A DNA stretch of 64,000 bases from a phage (GCA_014687725.1 GCA_014687725.1_4094.1); one strand, 5' to 3'; shown: positions 46,238-55,611, counted from the stretch's first letter. Numbers and translations: made by a program. Notes: generated from the sequence alone by a model not told the origin.

Positions 46238-46263
46238 ACCAGGGGTTGACTCTGGTTTTTTTG
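46238..46263 (+). terminator. rho-independent terminator (contains TTGACT)
   Basis: stem ACCAG/CTGGT, loop GGGTTGACT, T7 run. Confidence 0.65.
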
Positions 46264-46292
46264 TATGATACATTGTTCTCAAGGAGAATTTT

Positions 46293-46844
46293 ATGAACTA
46301 CAATCATGATCTTTTTACATTATGTGCATCCAAATGTGTTGAAGGATGGGCAGATAAAATCAATACCATAATTCATCGATATCTCGTCTTTAGTTCCCGT
46401 GCACGAAGTGAGGGGGCTATGGATTTCAAATATACACTATCTATTGATGGTGTAACTATCCATGCAGACGAAGAACGTCTGAACATTAATTTGTATGATT
46501 CCTGTGTATTTGCTATTCACCAAAAGATGGGGAAAGGATGGGGTTGTAATAACATTAACTCCAAAGCTATCTTTTGGGTTGGTCACCATCAGACAGTACT
46601 TGATCCTTCAATCAAATCTAATCTTTTATCCGATAATATGGTTTATGATTTATTGTACTCCGAAGAACAACATTTTCAGTTAAGTACATTGCATGTTCTG
46701 GCACAGTACGAGGATTGTTACAAAACATTAGAACTATGCCATTCCCTTGAACTTAAAGATAAATTAATACAAGTTTACCCTTCATTCTTTCATGAAGAAG
46801 TCCAAAGTACACTAGATCATATTTTATATGGATACGATAAATGA
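46293..46844 (+). CDS. family B paralog
   Basis: motif SEEQHFQLSTLHV; SD AAGGAGAA. Confidence 0.65.
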   Translation: MNYNHDLFTLCASKCVEGWADKINTIIHRYLVFSSRARSEGAMDFKYTLSIDGVTIHADEERLNINLYDSCVFAIHQKMGKGWGCNNINSKAIFWVGHHQTVLDPSIKSNLLSDNMVYDLLYSEEQHFQLSTLHVLAQYEDCYKTLELCHSLELKDKLIQVYPSFFHEEVQSTLDHILYGYDK

Positions 46845-47443
46845 GAAAAAGTTATCAAGAAGCTATTGACTTAATTCGTGAAGTTATCAAGGTGGCTCCT
46901 GCTGCTATTGAGTTCAAGAAGTCCATATACAAGAAGTATGGGTCAATGTCGAGTATGTGCTTTCAAAAGAAACGTAGAGCATTCACTACCCAGTACTGGA
47001 ATGATTCTATCATCCTGAGCAATGAGACTCAGCGTATTTTAACACTAGAATCTGAACCTAATGAGTACGGGGAAGGGAACATTTGTGTACCTGATTATGA
47101 TGAAATTAACTTCAACTGCGGTGATTTTGAAACAACATTATTACTTCATGAGGGTTATCCAGAAGGTGATGTATTAGCTGAGTACAATCCAAAAACTAAA
47201 ATTCTCAAAAGAGGAATCCAGTTCACTATTAATAACAAAGATGATGTTCAAGCAGCACTGATGCAACTGAGTACAAGTGAACCTATCACTATTAGTGTAG
47301 AAGAGTTATGGGGAATTATTTCAGTACTCAATGAGTGCTACAAAGTAAAATCATTGCGTAAACACAGCATTATATTACATACCAATATGGCAAATATAAA
47401 ATGTAAGCACATTCAAGAAATGGTGGTTCCAGATGGACTTTAA
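46841..47443 (+). CDS. hypothetical protein (200 aa), weakly family B-like
   Basis: segment AALMQLSTSEP; ATGA overlap. Confidence 0.55.
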   Translation: MRKSYQEAIDLIREVIKVAPAAIEFKKSIYKKYGSMSSMCFQKKRRAFTTQYWNDSIILSNETQRILTLESEPNEYGEGNICVPDYDEINFNCGDFETTLLLHEGYPEGDVLAEYNPKTKILKRGIQFTINNKDDVQAALMQLSTSEPITISVEELWGIISVLNECYKVKSLRKHSIILHTNMANIKCKHIQEMVVPDGL

Positions 47444-48017
47444 AGAAATTGAAAGTAAATTAAAGTACTTCAAAGATATCAAACTTCTTTGGAAAAAGTA
47501 TAAAGTTGATTACAATTTCAGTGATGATGAGACAATAAAATACATTGAGATTAATATCAAAATCAAGTTCAAGAATAATAATTATGGTGAAGTAACCTTA
47601 AATCATACTGGTATATCACTCAAGGACTATGATGGTACAACACTCGCATATTTTGACTTCACACCAGAACCAGGTGAAACACTACTTAGTGAGATAAATT
47701 CCTATGACATGGAAGTGTTCGGCGGGAATCCGTTACTGTTCCGACTTTCTGAAGAGTGGAGTGAAGAGTACTACACTTACAAAGATGGTGTAGTACTTGA
47801 TATTCATGGAGAAGTTGTGAATGACTTGGAAGAACGTTTGTTCCAAGAATTGTGTGTTTCAAATACTTCATATGCATACAATCATATCCTTGACATGTTT
47901 GATTTATATAGTAAAATAGATGCTGAAATGAAGGCACATGGTATTCATTACCTTACAATTAACGACTATGCTCAACTCGAAACCGCTGTGAAAGCATTGA
48001 CTAAAGTACTGAAATAG
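47433..48017 (+). CDS. family B paralog (divergent)
   Basis: motif LEERLFQELCVSN. Confidence 0.55.
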   Translation: MDFKEIESKLKYFKDIKLLWKKYKVDYNFSDDETIKYIEINIKIKFKNNNYGEVTLNHTGISLKDYDGTTLAYFDFTPEPGETLLSEINSYDMEVFGGNPLLFRLSEEWSEEYYTYKDGVVLDIHGEVVNDLEERLFQELCVSNTSYAYNHILDMFDLYSKIDAEMKAHGIHYLTINDYAQLETAVKALTKVLK

Positions 48018-48026
48018 GAATGAAAT

Positions 48027-48440
48027 ATGAAACTGTATCATGCGAGTACTGTAAAAATTGATAACTTTTATATCCCGTATGGTGGTCTTCATATGGGAGG
48101 TAAACACAGTGCTTTGGAAGCTGCATTACGCAAGCTGAGAAGCCCACTGAACGTAGTAGACGCATGTACAGTATACTTGCATACCTTAGAAGTTGATGTT
48201 GATAACGTGCTTCTGTGTGAAGATTTAGGCAGTGATGATGAGTGGCGTTCACTTATTGAGAATTGCACTGCTCAAGGTTATGATGCTGTTCAGTACAAAA
48301 ATGATTACGAGCCAGACAATGTTCCTAGCTTTATGATTTGGGATGCATCTAAAGTTCGCATCATTGAAGTTGATGCTATGCATATGGATGAAGCTGAAAT
48401 GATTATCGAAGATTTTCTTGATGAATATGAAGGTGTATAA
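48027..48440 (+). CDS. hypothetical protein (137 aa)
   Basis: Track ORF; distinct from families A/B. Confidence 0.6.
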   Translation: MKLYHASTVKIDNFYIPYGGLHMGGKHSALEAALRKLRSPLNVVDACTVYLHTLEVDVDNVLLCEDLGSDDEWRSLIENCTAQGYDAVQYKNDYEPDNVPSFMIWDASKVRIIEVDAMHMDEAEMIIEDFLDEYEGV

Positions 48441-48976
48441 TGTCTGAACCGATGGTAGCACTGGCACGTACAAAATTACTATTAAAGATTGGTGAGATTT
48501 TTACGGTTCTTCTGTCCAATAATATTGATATCACTGAGCTAGATATTAAGCAACCGTGGGAAGTGACTATGTTCTCGGCGTTCCACCGATTGTCATATAA
48601 AGGTGAAAGTGTTCTTGATTTTAACCCTAAAGCAAAATTCATAGATTATGCTGCGTTGTACAGAGAGTTGCACAGAAATATTTATTCCGGTTGTATAACC
48701 AATAACTTCAAAGAAATTAAAGTTCAAACTGCATCACATGAGTTCAATGATTTACTTTATCCAGAATTTAATCTAACGGAAGAATTACTCTTTCAGTACT
48801 CGTTAATTCTCACAAATCTCGAAACGCTAGAGTACTACAAAGAGTTAGTAGATATTTTTATGAATACACGACTTTCAAAAGATATTGTGATATTCTGGTA
48901 TACAGAGCATGTTACGGAGGAATTGCTTACTGAATTTCTTCTAAATATGACAGCTATAAAGGAGAAGTTATGTTAG
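48440..48976 (+). CDS. family B paralog
   Basis: motif LTEELLFQYSLIL; TAATG overlap. Confidence 0.65.
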   Translation: MSEPMVALARTKLLLKIGEIFTVLLSNNIDITELDIKQPWEVTMFSAFHRLSYKGESVLDFNPKAKFIDYAALYRELHRNIYSGCITNNFKEIKVQTASHEFNDLLYPEFNLTEELLFQYSLILTNLETLEYYKELVDIFMNTRLSKDIVIFWYTEHVTEELLTEFLLNMTAIKEKLC

Positions 48977-49443
48977 ATATTTTAGGAAACATCGATACTG
49001 CAAATTATTTTATCCAGGACGCACTGTTCAATACAGTTCAACAAGGATTAGAAGTTCGTCATAACGTTTACCAAGGTGATGGTTATTTCGTTGATATTGT
49101 TGAGGCACGAAAGAATACGTTTAATGTTAACATTACAACACTGGGTAGACAGAACATTGCACGAATTTTAGTAAGTAAAGATGAAATTGTATTGAGATAC
49201 AGTGCTAAGTTTATGTTGACTTATAAGAAAAAAACTGATATGTTCAGTACTAATTTATTTGATGAACCATTTGACCTTGATGATATTGAAGCTACTTTCT
49301 TTACTCAAAGTACTATGGTAAAATACACTGATGTTCAATTTTCTGCTGATGTAATGTCAGAAACATTACAAATGATCAAGGTATTATTTTATGCATTTGA
49401 GCAATTTAGAGAAGAAAGAAACAAGGTTAACAACCACAGATGA
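48970..49443 (+). CDS. hypothetical protein (157 aa), weakly family B-like
   Basis: segment IEATFFTQSTMV. Confidence 0.55.
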   Translation: MLDILGNIDTANYFIQDALFNTVQQGLEVRHNVYQGDGYFVDIVEARKNTFNVNITTLGRQNIARILVSKDEIVLRYSAKFMLTYKKKTDMFSTNLFDEPFDLDDIEATFFTQSTMVKYTDVQFSADVMSETLQMIKVLFYAFEQFREERNKVNNHR

Positions 49444-49804
49444 ACTAATAGAGGCGATCACTAAGGAGTCAAAATACCACAAAGGGATTCGTCTATATTT
49501 TATAGATATTGGTTCAATGGAAGGCATATACATTTATGGTTCACAATCTTTATCTTATGATGTAATGCCAAAAAAACATGTAAAAATCTTTTTAGGTTCA
49601 AATAAAAAAACTTTCTTGACAATTAATGATAAAAACGTTATTATGAATTCGTTGGGTCATGATAAGGTGGAAATTGATCTAAACACACTGGAGGATATTG
49701 ATTTTTTTCAATACGAGTGTTTAGGTGTTGACTTACATGGCATTAGTAGCGATATGATAAAATCATTAATCAAATATTTCGAAGGTGTTCATAAATGTAT
49801 CTAA
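49391..49804 (+). CDS. family B paralog (divergent)
   Basis: motif LEDIDFFQYECLG; 53-nt overlap with upstream gene, start uncertain. Confidence 0.5.
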   Translation: MHLSNLEKKETRLTTTDELIEAITKESKYHKGIRLYFIDIGSMEGIYIYGSQSLSYDVMPKKHVKIFLGSNKKTFLTINDKNVIMNSLGHDKVEIDLNTLEDIDFFQYECLGVDLHGISSDMIKSLIKYFEGVHKCI

Positions 49805-50292
49805 CTAAATCAATGAAAAATTCATTTGATAAAATCAAGAGTTGTCTTGATGGGGAAAATATTACAAGTGTTACACAAACTGCTGACCAAATTCAAAGCA
49901 GTTCAAGTGATTGTACTGTTATTTTAGGTTTACATAGTCTACGTTTATCAATAGTAAATAATATTGACAACACTGCTATTGTAATCACACCATGCCATAT
50001 TCAAAATGAGAATGGTGTATATCTTCATCACATGGGAACAGTATTTCATATTTTCAATACAAACGAAAACATTGTTAAGGAATACAAATCTCTTAATATT
50101 GATTCAGGTGAATTATTTCAAATGAGTACTTTGTACTCATGTAATTTTACAGATACTTCATGTATTTTGCCATTTTTCTTGGAAATTATTAAGAAAATGG
50201 AAAATTTAAAACGTGAATACAATAAAGAAATGGTTCCTGAAGCTATATTAAATATTACTAATGCTATAGAGAAGTATAATGCAGTGACTTAA
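49795..50292 (+). CDS. family B paralog
   Basis: motif DSGELFQMSTLYS. Confidence 0.65.
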   Translation: MYLTKSMKNSFDKIKSCLDGENITSVTQTADQIQSSSSDCTVILGLHSLRLSIVNNIDNTAIVITPCHIQNENGVYLHHMGTVFHIFNTNENIVKEYKSLNIDSGELFQMSTLYSCNFTDTSCILPFFLEIIKKMENLKREYNKEMVPEAILNITNAIEKYNAVT

Positions 50293-50334
50293 TAAAAACG
50301 CACATGGAGTGCATTAGAAGATCAAGGATAGATC

Positions 50335-50808
50335 ATGGAGATTAAAACTGTTGAAAATGGGAAAATTGATGACATTTTAGAGTTGGACGCATTCAAAGTT
50401 CATGATATAATGTTTAATGTGAAGGACATTATTCAATGTCTATTTTTGTGTAGCAAGACAATGCATGATTTTTTTCACAACCCAAATACTAACGTTTTTA
50501 TACTAACAATCAGTACTGAAAACTCGTTTATCATGGGTATGCCTATGAGTACAAATGAACAATATATTGATTGTGTTATTCGTAATAACGATAGTATTAC
50601 GCCACAATCTGAAGTACGTAAAAAGAAAAACACCTACACAATCAAAGATGATAAAATTATGATGTGCTGTAGTAAAGGGTTTATATTAGATAATTTTATC
50701 GTCAAAGACAGTTATCACGACTTTAAAGTGTCTGAAAATCAATCCAATGTAGTTCTTTATGCGAGTGACATAGAAAGTCTAACAGTTAAAGATCCCAGTT
50801 TGGAGTAA
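50335..50808 (+). CDS. hypothetical protein (157 aa)
   Basis: Track ORF; SD AAGGA. Confidence 0.6.
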   Translation: MEIKTVENGKIDDILELDAFKVHDIMFNVKDIIQCLFLCSKTMHDFFHNPNTNVFILTISTENSFIMGMPMSTNEQYIDCVIRNNDSITPQSEVRKKKNTYTIKDDKIMMCCSKGFILDNFIVKDSYHDFKVSENQSNVVLYASDIESLTVKDPSLE

Positions 50809-50810
50809 GT

Positions 50811-50942
50811 ATGGCTAAGAAAGTAAACAATTTCGTACAGAAACACATGAATGAGTTTAACAAGCCTCAGACACATGTGGATCGTAAAAAAGAAATGAAA
50901 AATGGTAAAGTAAAACACAAGTCGAGATTTATTCTCGACTAA
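50811..50942 (+). CDS. basic small protein (43 aa)
   Basis: ATG with SD GGAG 7 nt upstream; MAKKVNNFVQKHMNEFNKPQTHVDRKKEMKNGKVKHKSRFILD; below track cut-off. Confidence 0.45.
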   Translation: MAKKVNNFVQKHMNEFNKPQTHVDRKKEMKNGKVKHKSRFILD

Positions 50943-50971
50943 TTTTTTGTCTAAATTTATGAGGATTGTAT

Positions 50972-51820
50972 ATGTTAGATATTTCAGATTTTCTTAATTT
51001 TAAAAAGTATTCAGTACTTGAACATATCAACGAATTTCTGAATTCTACTACACCATTTGGTATCAGTACATCAGATGCATACGATGGATATACAATCTTC
51101 CCATACAATGACTTTCAAATTTCCGTCAAAAAAGGTTTTACAAAAGAAGTTGCAATTCGTGATGTAGTAATGTATAGCGATTCTTCTATTTCTTACTGTC
51201 ATGACGTGAACAAGTTTGAATCTCTTTCAACACCTAATTGTTCATACTACAAATCCCATGACACGATGATGTATAAAGAACAACATATCAATGGTGTTTC
51301 GTTCTATAAAACTAGCAGTGATAAATCATATACATCTAGAGATGATTTTGGAAAATACACATGTACTATGCACACGGATAATGAAAAAACAAATTACACT
51401 CATTCATTCGAGTCCAAATTCCAAGAGAGTGAAGTTTCAAATATCACTATACAAGAACAGGTTTCAGAAGGCATTGTATATCGTAGTACTGCATTCTTTC
51501 GCATGAAAGATATTGCCACAGGCAGACCAATGATGTACAATATTGACATATACATGAAAGGTGATATATCCGAAGTAGTGATTAGTACTGGTTATCGTGA
51601 AAAATATACAGTTACAATGGAATCACCAGATGCATCATTAGTTCACCTCTTTAACAATTTATATACATTCCAATTCGAACTTAGTTTCGATCCAAATGAA
51701 TATCAAATATTTGATATATTAAAAAGTAATATTATTAATAAGTTAGAATATTACTACAAGTTAGGTGGTAAGATGTGCATAGTTAATACTATGTTACATA
51801 ACATAAAAGAAACATTATAA
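50972..51820 (+). CDS. hypothetical protein (282 aa)
   Basis: ATG 50972 with SD GAGGA (track TTG 50966). Confidence 0.7.
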   Translation: MLDISDFLNFKKYSVLEHINEFLNSTTPFGISTSDAYDGYTIFPYNDFQISVKKGFTKEVAIRDVVMYSDSSISYCHDVNKFESLSTPNCSYYKSHDTMMYKEQHINGVSFYKTSSDKSYTSRDDFGKYTCTMHTDNEKTNYTHSFESKFQESEVSNITIQEQVSEGIVYRSTAFFRMKDIATGRPMMYNIDIYMKGDISEVVISTGYREKYTVTMESPDASLVHLFNNLYTFQFELSFDPNEYQIFDILKSNIINKLEYYYKLGGKMCIVNTMLHNIKETL

Positions 51821-51836
51821 ATCTGGAGGATTTGGT

Positions 51837-52130
51837 ATGGATACTAAATTCAAAATTATTTTTAAAACTAAGCCGTATATTCCACATACAGCAGAACGTT
51901 TTATACCACATGGTGCTGAGGAAATTATTCACCAAGATGGTACTAAGTTATACCTTGTTCCTTGTTCTTATGAACGTGCAGTAGAAATGTTACTAATGAA
52001 TGCTAGACTATGCAAAAACAAGTACATTAGTTACCTATACAATGAACATATTTTAGATTTCAATGATGAAAATATGTTCATTCTAGCAATTGAGGATTTT
52101 GATAACTGGTACAATATTATTAAAATCTAA
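51837..52130 (+). CDS. hypothetical protein (97 aa)
   Basis: ATG with SD GGAGGA. Confidence 0.65.
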   Translation: MDTKFKIIFKTKPYIPHTAERFIPHGAEEIIHQDGTKLYLVPCSYERAVEMLLMNARLCKNKYISYLYNEHILDFNDENMFILAIEDFDNWYNIIKI

Positions 52131-52140
52131 TGAAAATAAT

Positions 52141-52175
52141 GTGAACATATTAGATTCTTGTGATATAATGTTCAC
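52141..52175 (+). promoter_or_regulatory. extended -10 promoter bracketed by 8-bp inverted repeat (operator-like)
   Basis: GTGAACAT 52141-52148 / ATGTTCAC 52168-52175 flank TG-n-TATAAT 52161-52169. Confidence 0.45.
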
Positions 52176-52201
52176 ATCTTTTTTTGATAACGGAGATATA
52201 G

Positions 52202-52588
52202 ATGAATACAAGTTCAGTCCTAAAAGCAATTGGTGGTGTTTTACTCATTGAAGTAAAAGGTGAGCCAAAGCTATGCTGTTTAGAAGATATGAAGAATACA
52301 AAACACTTCAGTACTGGTCAGATTTTCAATGCCATTCGTATTCTAAATGACAAATCCATTGCTGATTATGGAAAAGTTTGGCCTGTATATCAAAATGCTG
52401 ATGGTGATATCAGTACTGATTGGAAAACAATTGAGGCGGTACGACAAAGTTGTGAGAGTGATTGGGACTTCATTGTTGAAGTTTGTGATCAACTACAAGA
52501 AGATGTTCCAGAAATTGTTGAACGAAAAGAAGTTCTAGCACGACTTGAAAAATTCCGTCACGGAACACTACAGTATGACACAATCTAA
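52202..52588 (+). CDS. hypothetical protein (128 aa)
   Basis: ATG with SD GGAGA. Confidence 0.65.
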   Translation: MNTSSVLKAIGGVLLIEVKGEPKLCCLEDMKNTKHFSTGQIFNAIRILNDKSIADYGKVWPVYQNADGDISTDWKTIEAVRQSCESDWDFIVEVCDQLQEDVPEIVERKEVLARLEKFRHGTLQYDTI

Positions 52589-52637
52589 TCTGCTTATTAA
52601 AAATATCTAATTAACATTATATAAAAGGAATTTAAAA

Positions 52638-52943
52638 ATGGAAGACAATGGAATGAAATTTGATATGTTTGAAGGTGTACCAGAGTTCGATTTCAACAAA
52701 CTTGAAGAAGGTGAGGAATCAGAACTAGTTAGTGTTACACTTAAAGCAGATTCTAAAAAGAAATATTCATCATCAGTACGTTCACGTTCACAAGAAGAAT
52801 ACGAAACATTTATTGAAAGTATTCATTATGAAACATTCCATCACGCAGATGGAACTCCATATGAAGTACGTGTAACAGTACTGAAGCCTGAAGTAAATCC
52901 AATGGAAAATCTACGTCCTGTTTACTGCTGGGCAAGTCACTAA
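52638..52943 (+). CDS. hypothetical acidic protein (101 aa)
   Basis: ATG with SD AAAGGAA. Confidence 0.65.
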   Translation: MEDNGMKFDMFEGVPEFDFNKLEEGEESELVSVTLKADSKKKYSSSVRSRSQEEYETFIESIHYETFHHADGTPYEVRVTVLKPEVNPMENLRPVYCWASH

Positions 52944-52951
52944 TAAACCAA

Positions 52952-52983
52952 AGGACGGGATTTGTTATCTCGTCCTTTTTTTG
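52952..52983 (+). terminator. rho-independent terminator
   Basis: ~10-bp stem AGGACGGGAT/ATCTCGTCCT + T7. Confidence 0.75.
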
Positions 52984-52994
52984 TCTGGAGATGT

Positions 52995-53849
52995 ATGAAA
53001 CTTTATCTAATCGTTGACTACAATAAGGATTATGCTGGTAACTTCACCGAAGATTCGGATGGATATTGCACATCGACTAATGTCAATGTACGTAGCAGTA
53101 GTGCTCATGAACATGAATCTTGTAAAAATCTAAAAGATTTTATCGCATACCGAGCATTTGAAAAGAACTTCTGCCGCAGTAGATATTCGAAGTTTGAGTA
53201 CCCGTTAATTGATGTTCCTGATGATTTAATGTTCCAGTTAATGCTGACTGGAGTTCAAGATTATGATTACATAGCGTATAATCATATTACTAAGAAAATT
53301 TATATTGGTACATCATCACATGACACTTCTATGTATGCATCATGCCCAGATGATCGAATGAATGATAGAAAATCATACTATAGTGGGTCAGTTGGTTTAA
53401 ATGATTCATTAAATAAAAATTCATTCTTTGAGTATGTTTATGATTACCATCATGAGAAAAAAGAACGTGAAGATTACTGTATAGCAATTGATAGTACTAA
53501 TGGTTATGAAGACGTGAAAGAAGCACTTATGCCGTACATTATTGAAAAGTACTACAAAGATTTTCAGTACTGTAGTAATTTTCTAATCAGAAATTCTATT
53601 ATAATCGGTCGCCAATCTAGTGCATACTCTCAGTACTATAATGATTCACCAGTAGCATCGGCAAATGAAATGTGTGATATTTTACAAATTCCACGTGAAG
53701 ATATGGCATTCATTTTTACATCTTTTATTGAAGATGATGAGTTGTATATTAAAAATAAACACCGTTTCATGCCAAGCAAGATTGAGGTTATTCGAAGTTT
53801 TAGTGTTGATATACTAACAAATTTCACAGAAAAAACCGAATATAACTGA
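52995..53849 (+). CDS. hypothetical protein (284 aa), weakly family B-like
   Basis: ATG 52995 with SD GGAG (track 52962 overlaps terminator); segment DDLMFQLMLTG. Confidence 0.65.
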   Translation: MKLYLIVDYNKDYAGNFTEDSDGYCTSTNVNVRSSSAHEHESCKNLKDFIAYRAFEKNFCRSRYSKFEYPLIDVPDDLMFQLMLTGVQDYDYIAYNHITKKIYIGTSSHDTSMYASCPDDRMNDRKSYYSGSVGLNDSLNKNSFFEYVYDYHHEKKEREDYCIAIDSTNGYEDVKEALMPYIIEKYYKDFQYCSNFLIRNSIIIGRQSSAYSQYYNDSPVASANEMCDILQIPREDMAFIFTSFIEDDELYIKNKHRFMPSKIEVIRSFSVDILTNFTEKTEYN

Positions 53850-53878
53850 GACAAATGATAAGTTAATGATATAATATA

Positions 53879-53912
53879 AGGTGACAACATAATATGTTGG
53901 TCACCTTTTTTA
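53879..53912 (+). terminator. rho-independent terminator
   Basis: 12-bp stem AGGTGACAACAT/ATGTTGGTCACCT + T6. Confidence 0.8.
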
Positions 53913-53913
53913 A

Positions 53914-54527
53914 TCCTGAAAGGTTCCCATAAGGAAATGATTAAAAGCCTAATCCACTCGAAAATGTAGAGGGTAGATGAGTAGTCCTTTCAGTACGAAC
54001 AGCAGATGAAACCCGTTAGATGATGGCATAGTTTGAACCACTCACGGCAATGCGGCTGTATAAAGAACTCCAATAGGATAAAGAGAGTTCCTCGATAGAC
54101 ATATAAGGATCGCACCTTACCAATTATCTAAGGGAGATTTCATAAGAAATATGCGGTCGGAATTATACAATATAGTTGCGTCCAAATTTTGTGAAATCAA
54201 ATACAAGTACTGGTCATATGGTATTTGTATTATGTGTCGGGATGTTTAAGACCGACGACCGTTGCTACAAGAACCGCGATAGAGAGAAACAGAGCAACCC
54301 GCTTTCGTCTCGTAAGAGAATTCGTGATATGAACTATGTGAAGGCCACCAGCGTCAAATTTTTTTGTTCTTTCCCCTGCGGGGGGGATGAAATATGCTCA
54401 AGCAAACCCCGTCAATATTAATTAAAAGAAAATAGTACTTGTAGAATTAGACATGCGTAGCATGATAATTCTACTGATGTTGATGCAATCAACGTCACGT
54501 ATATTCATTGATGTTTCCATAGGAATA
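53914..54527. other. ORF-poor, GC-richer intergenic region (candidate structured RNA / origin-type element)
   Basis: ~600 bp with no convincing ORF on either strand; multiple short hairpins; G7 tract 54380-54386; minus-strand Chi 54345-54352. Confidence 0.4.
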
Positions 54528-55073
54528 ATGATGGCATTTATTAGAAAAGAAAAAACTGTTACTTATAAAACTTTGAATTTTGATGATTGCATTAATCAAT
54601 CACAAGACGAAGATATCTTTACTGGATATGTGGTTATTAAAGAAAAAGGATGCATTTCTTATATAAAGGAATTACAAAATGGAATTGAAGTGACTTCAGT
54701 TAAATTACTTCCTACTCAAAAACCAACAATATCAAAAGCCCAGTATGGTAATTATTTTGAAGAAAGATATAGTAATAATTCAATAAGTGTTAAGGCTCAT
54801 ATTATTAAAGGAGAACTAGAAGGAGAATATAGAAAATACAACCCACAAGGAAAATGTGTTTGGGTTAAATACTTCAATTCAGGATATGATGTAACATCTG
54901 AAATTATAGAATTCTTGGGTTTAAAATGTACCCCTGAGACTATTCATGATTACAAGTTCAATACTGAAGAAGAGTTTAATCTGATGATGCGTTACGGTTC
55001 ACATTTTAAATTTTTATATGAATATAACATTGACAGTAGTACTTTTGATAAGATAGTACACAACTGTCTCTAA
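54528..55073 (+). CDS. hypothetical protein (181 aa)
   Basis: ATG 54528 with SD AGGAA (track start 54453 upstream); repeated G-x-Y/W-x-Y-N-x-G-like units, weakly MORN-like. Confidence 0.6.
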   Translation: MMAFIRKEKTVTYKTLNFDDCINQSQDEDIFTGYVVIKEKGCISYIKELQNGIEVTSVKLLPTQKPTISKAQYGNYFEERYSNNSISVKAHIIKGELEGEYRKYNPQGKCVWVKYFNSGYDVTSEIIEFLGLKCTPETIHDYKFNTEEEFNLMMRYGSHFKFLYEYNIDSSTFDKIVHNCL

Positions 55074-55089
55074 CAAAAGGAATTATATA

Positions 55090-55611
55090 ATGTCGAAGAA
55101 GGATGCTTCGAAAAAACATTCAGTACATTTCAGTACTGGAAAGGACAACTGGACAACTCCCAAAGATTTCTTTGAAGATTTGGATGAGTTATGGGGATTT
55201 ACACTTGATGCTGCTTGTGTTGATGAGACTGCATTGTGTGATAACTATTTTACACCTGATGATAATTCTCTTGAACAAGACTGGGGAAAAAATATTGTTT
55301 GGTTAAATCCCCCATATAGTGATTTAAAAACTTGGTTAGCCAAGGCAGTAGATGCGTATAATAAAGGTGCTACAGTACTGATTCTAGTACCATCCAGGAC
55401 TGATACAATAGCATTTCAGGAATATGCAGCCAAAATATGTGATTGTATTTGTTTTATCAAAGGTAGATTACGTTTTGGTATTCCAGAAGAACCTGATAAG
55501 AAAACAGATTCAGCACCATTTCCTTCGTGTCTTATAGTCCTTGATAAGTACCTCACTACTGCTAAAATTAATTATCTTAAATCTCTCGGATTGGTGATGA
55601 AGAATCTATGA
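55090..55611 (+). CDS. DNA N6-adenine methyltransferase (phage Dam-type, NPPY family)
   Basis: WTTPKDFF, LNPPYS, VPSRTDT, GRLRFG blocks; SD AAAGGA. Confidence 0.85.
   Translation: MSKKDASKKHSVHFSTGKDNWTTPKDFFEDLDELWGFTLDAACVDETALCDNYFTPDDNSLEQDWGKNIVWLNPPYSDLKTWLAKAVDAYNKGATVLILVPSRTDTIAFQEYAAKICDCICFIKGRLRFGIPEEPDKKTDSAPFPSCLIVLDKYLTTAKINYLKSLGLVMKNL

Noticed and set aside
21961-50292. Family B core E-E-Y-F-Q-x-S read as a viral 3C/NIa (TEV-like ExxYxQ|S/G) protease cleavage site
   Set aside because: The resemblance to the TEV site is superficial: the small residue is usually at P2' rather than P1', no 3C-like protease gene is seen in the window, and the motif sits within a predicted structured core; more likely a fold signature
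15615-53849. CRISPR array as an explanation for the periodic repeats
   Set aside because: Repeat units are 200-600 bp protein-coding paralogs with divergent sequence and variable length, not short identical direct repeats separated by unique spacers; no cas genes
54176-54421. 81-codon ORF in the GC-richer intergenic island
   Set aside because: TTG start without SD, composition unlike neighbouring genes, Cys/Arg-rich low-complexity product; region treated as non-coding candidate instead
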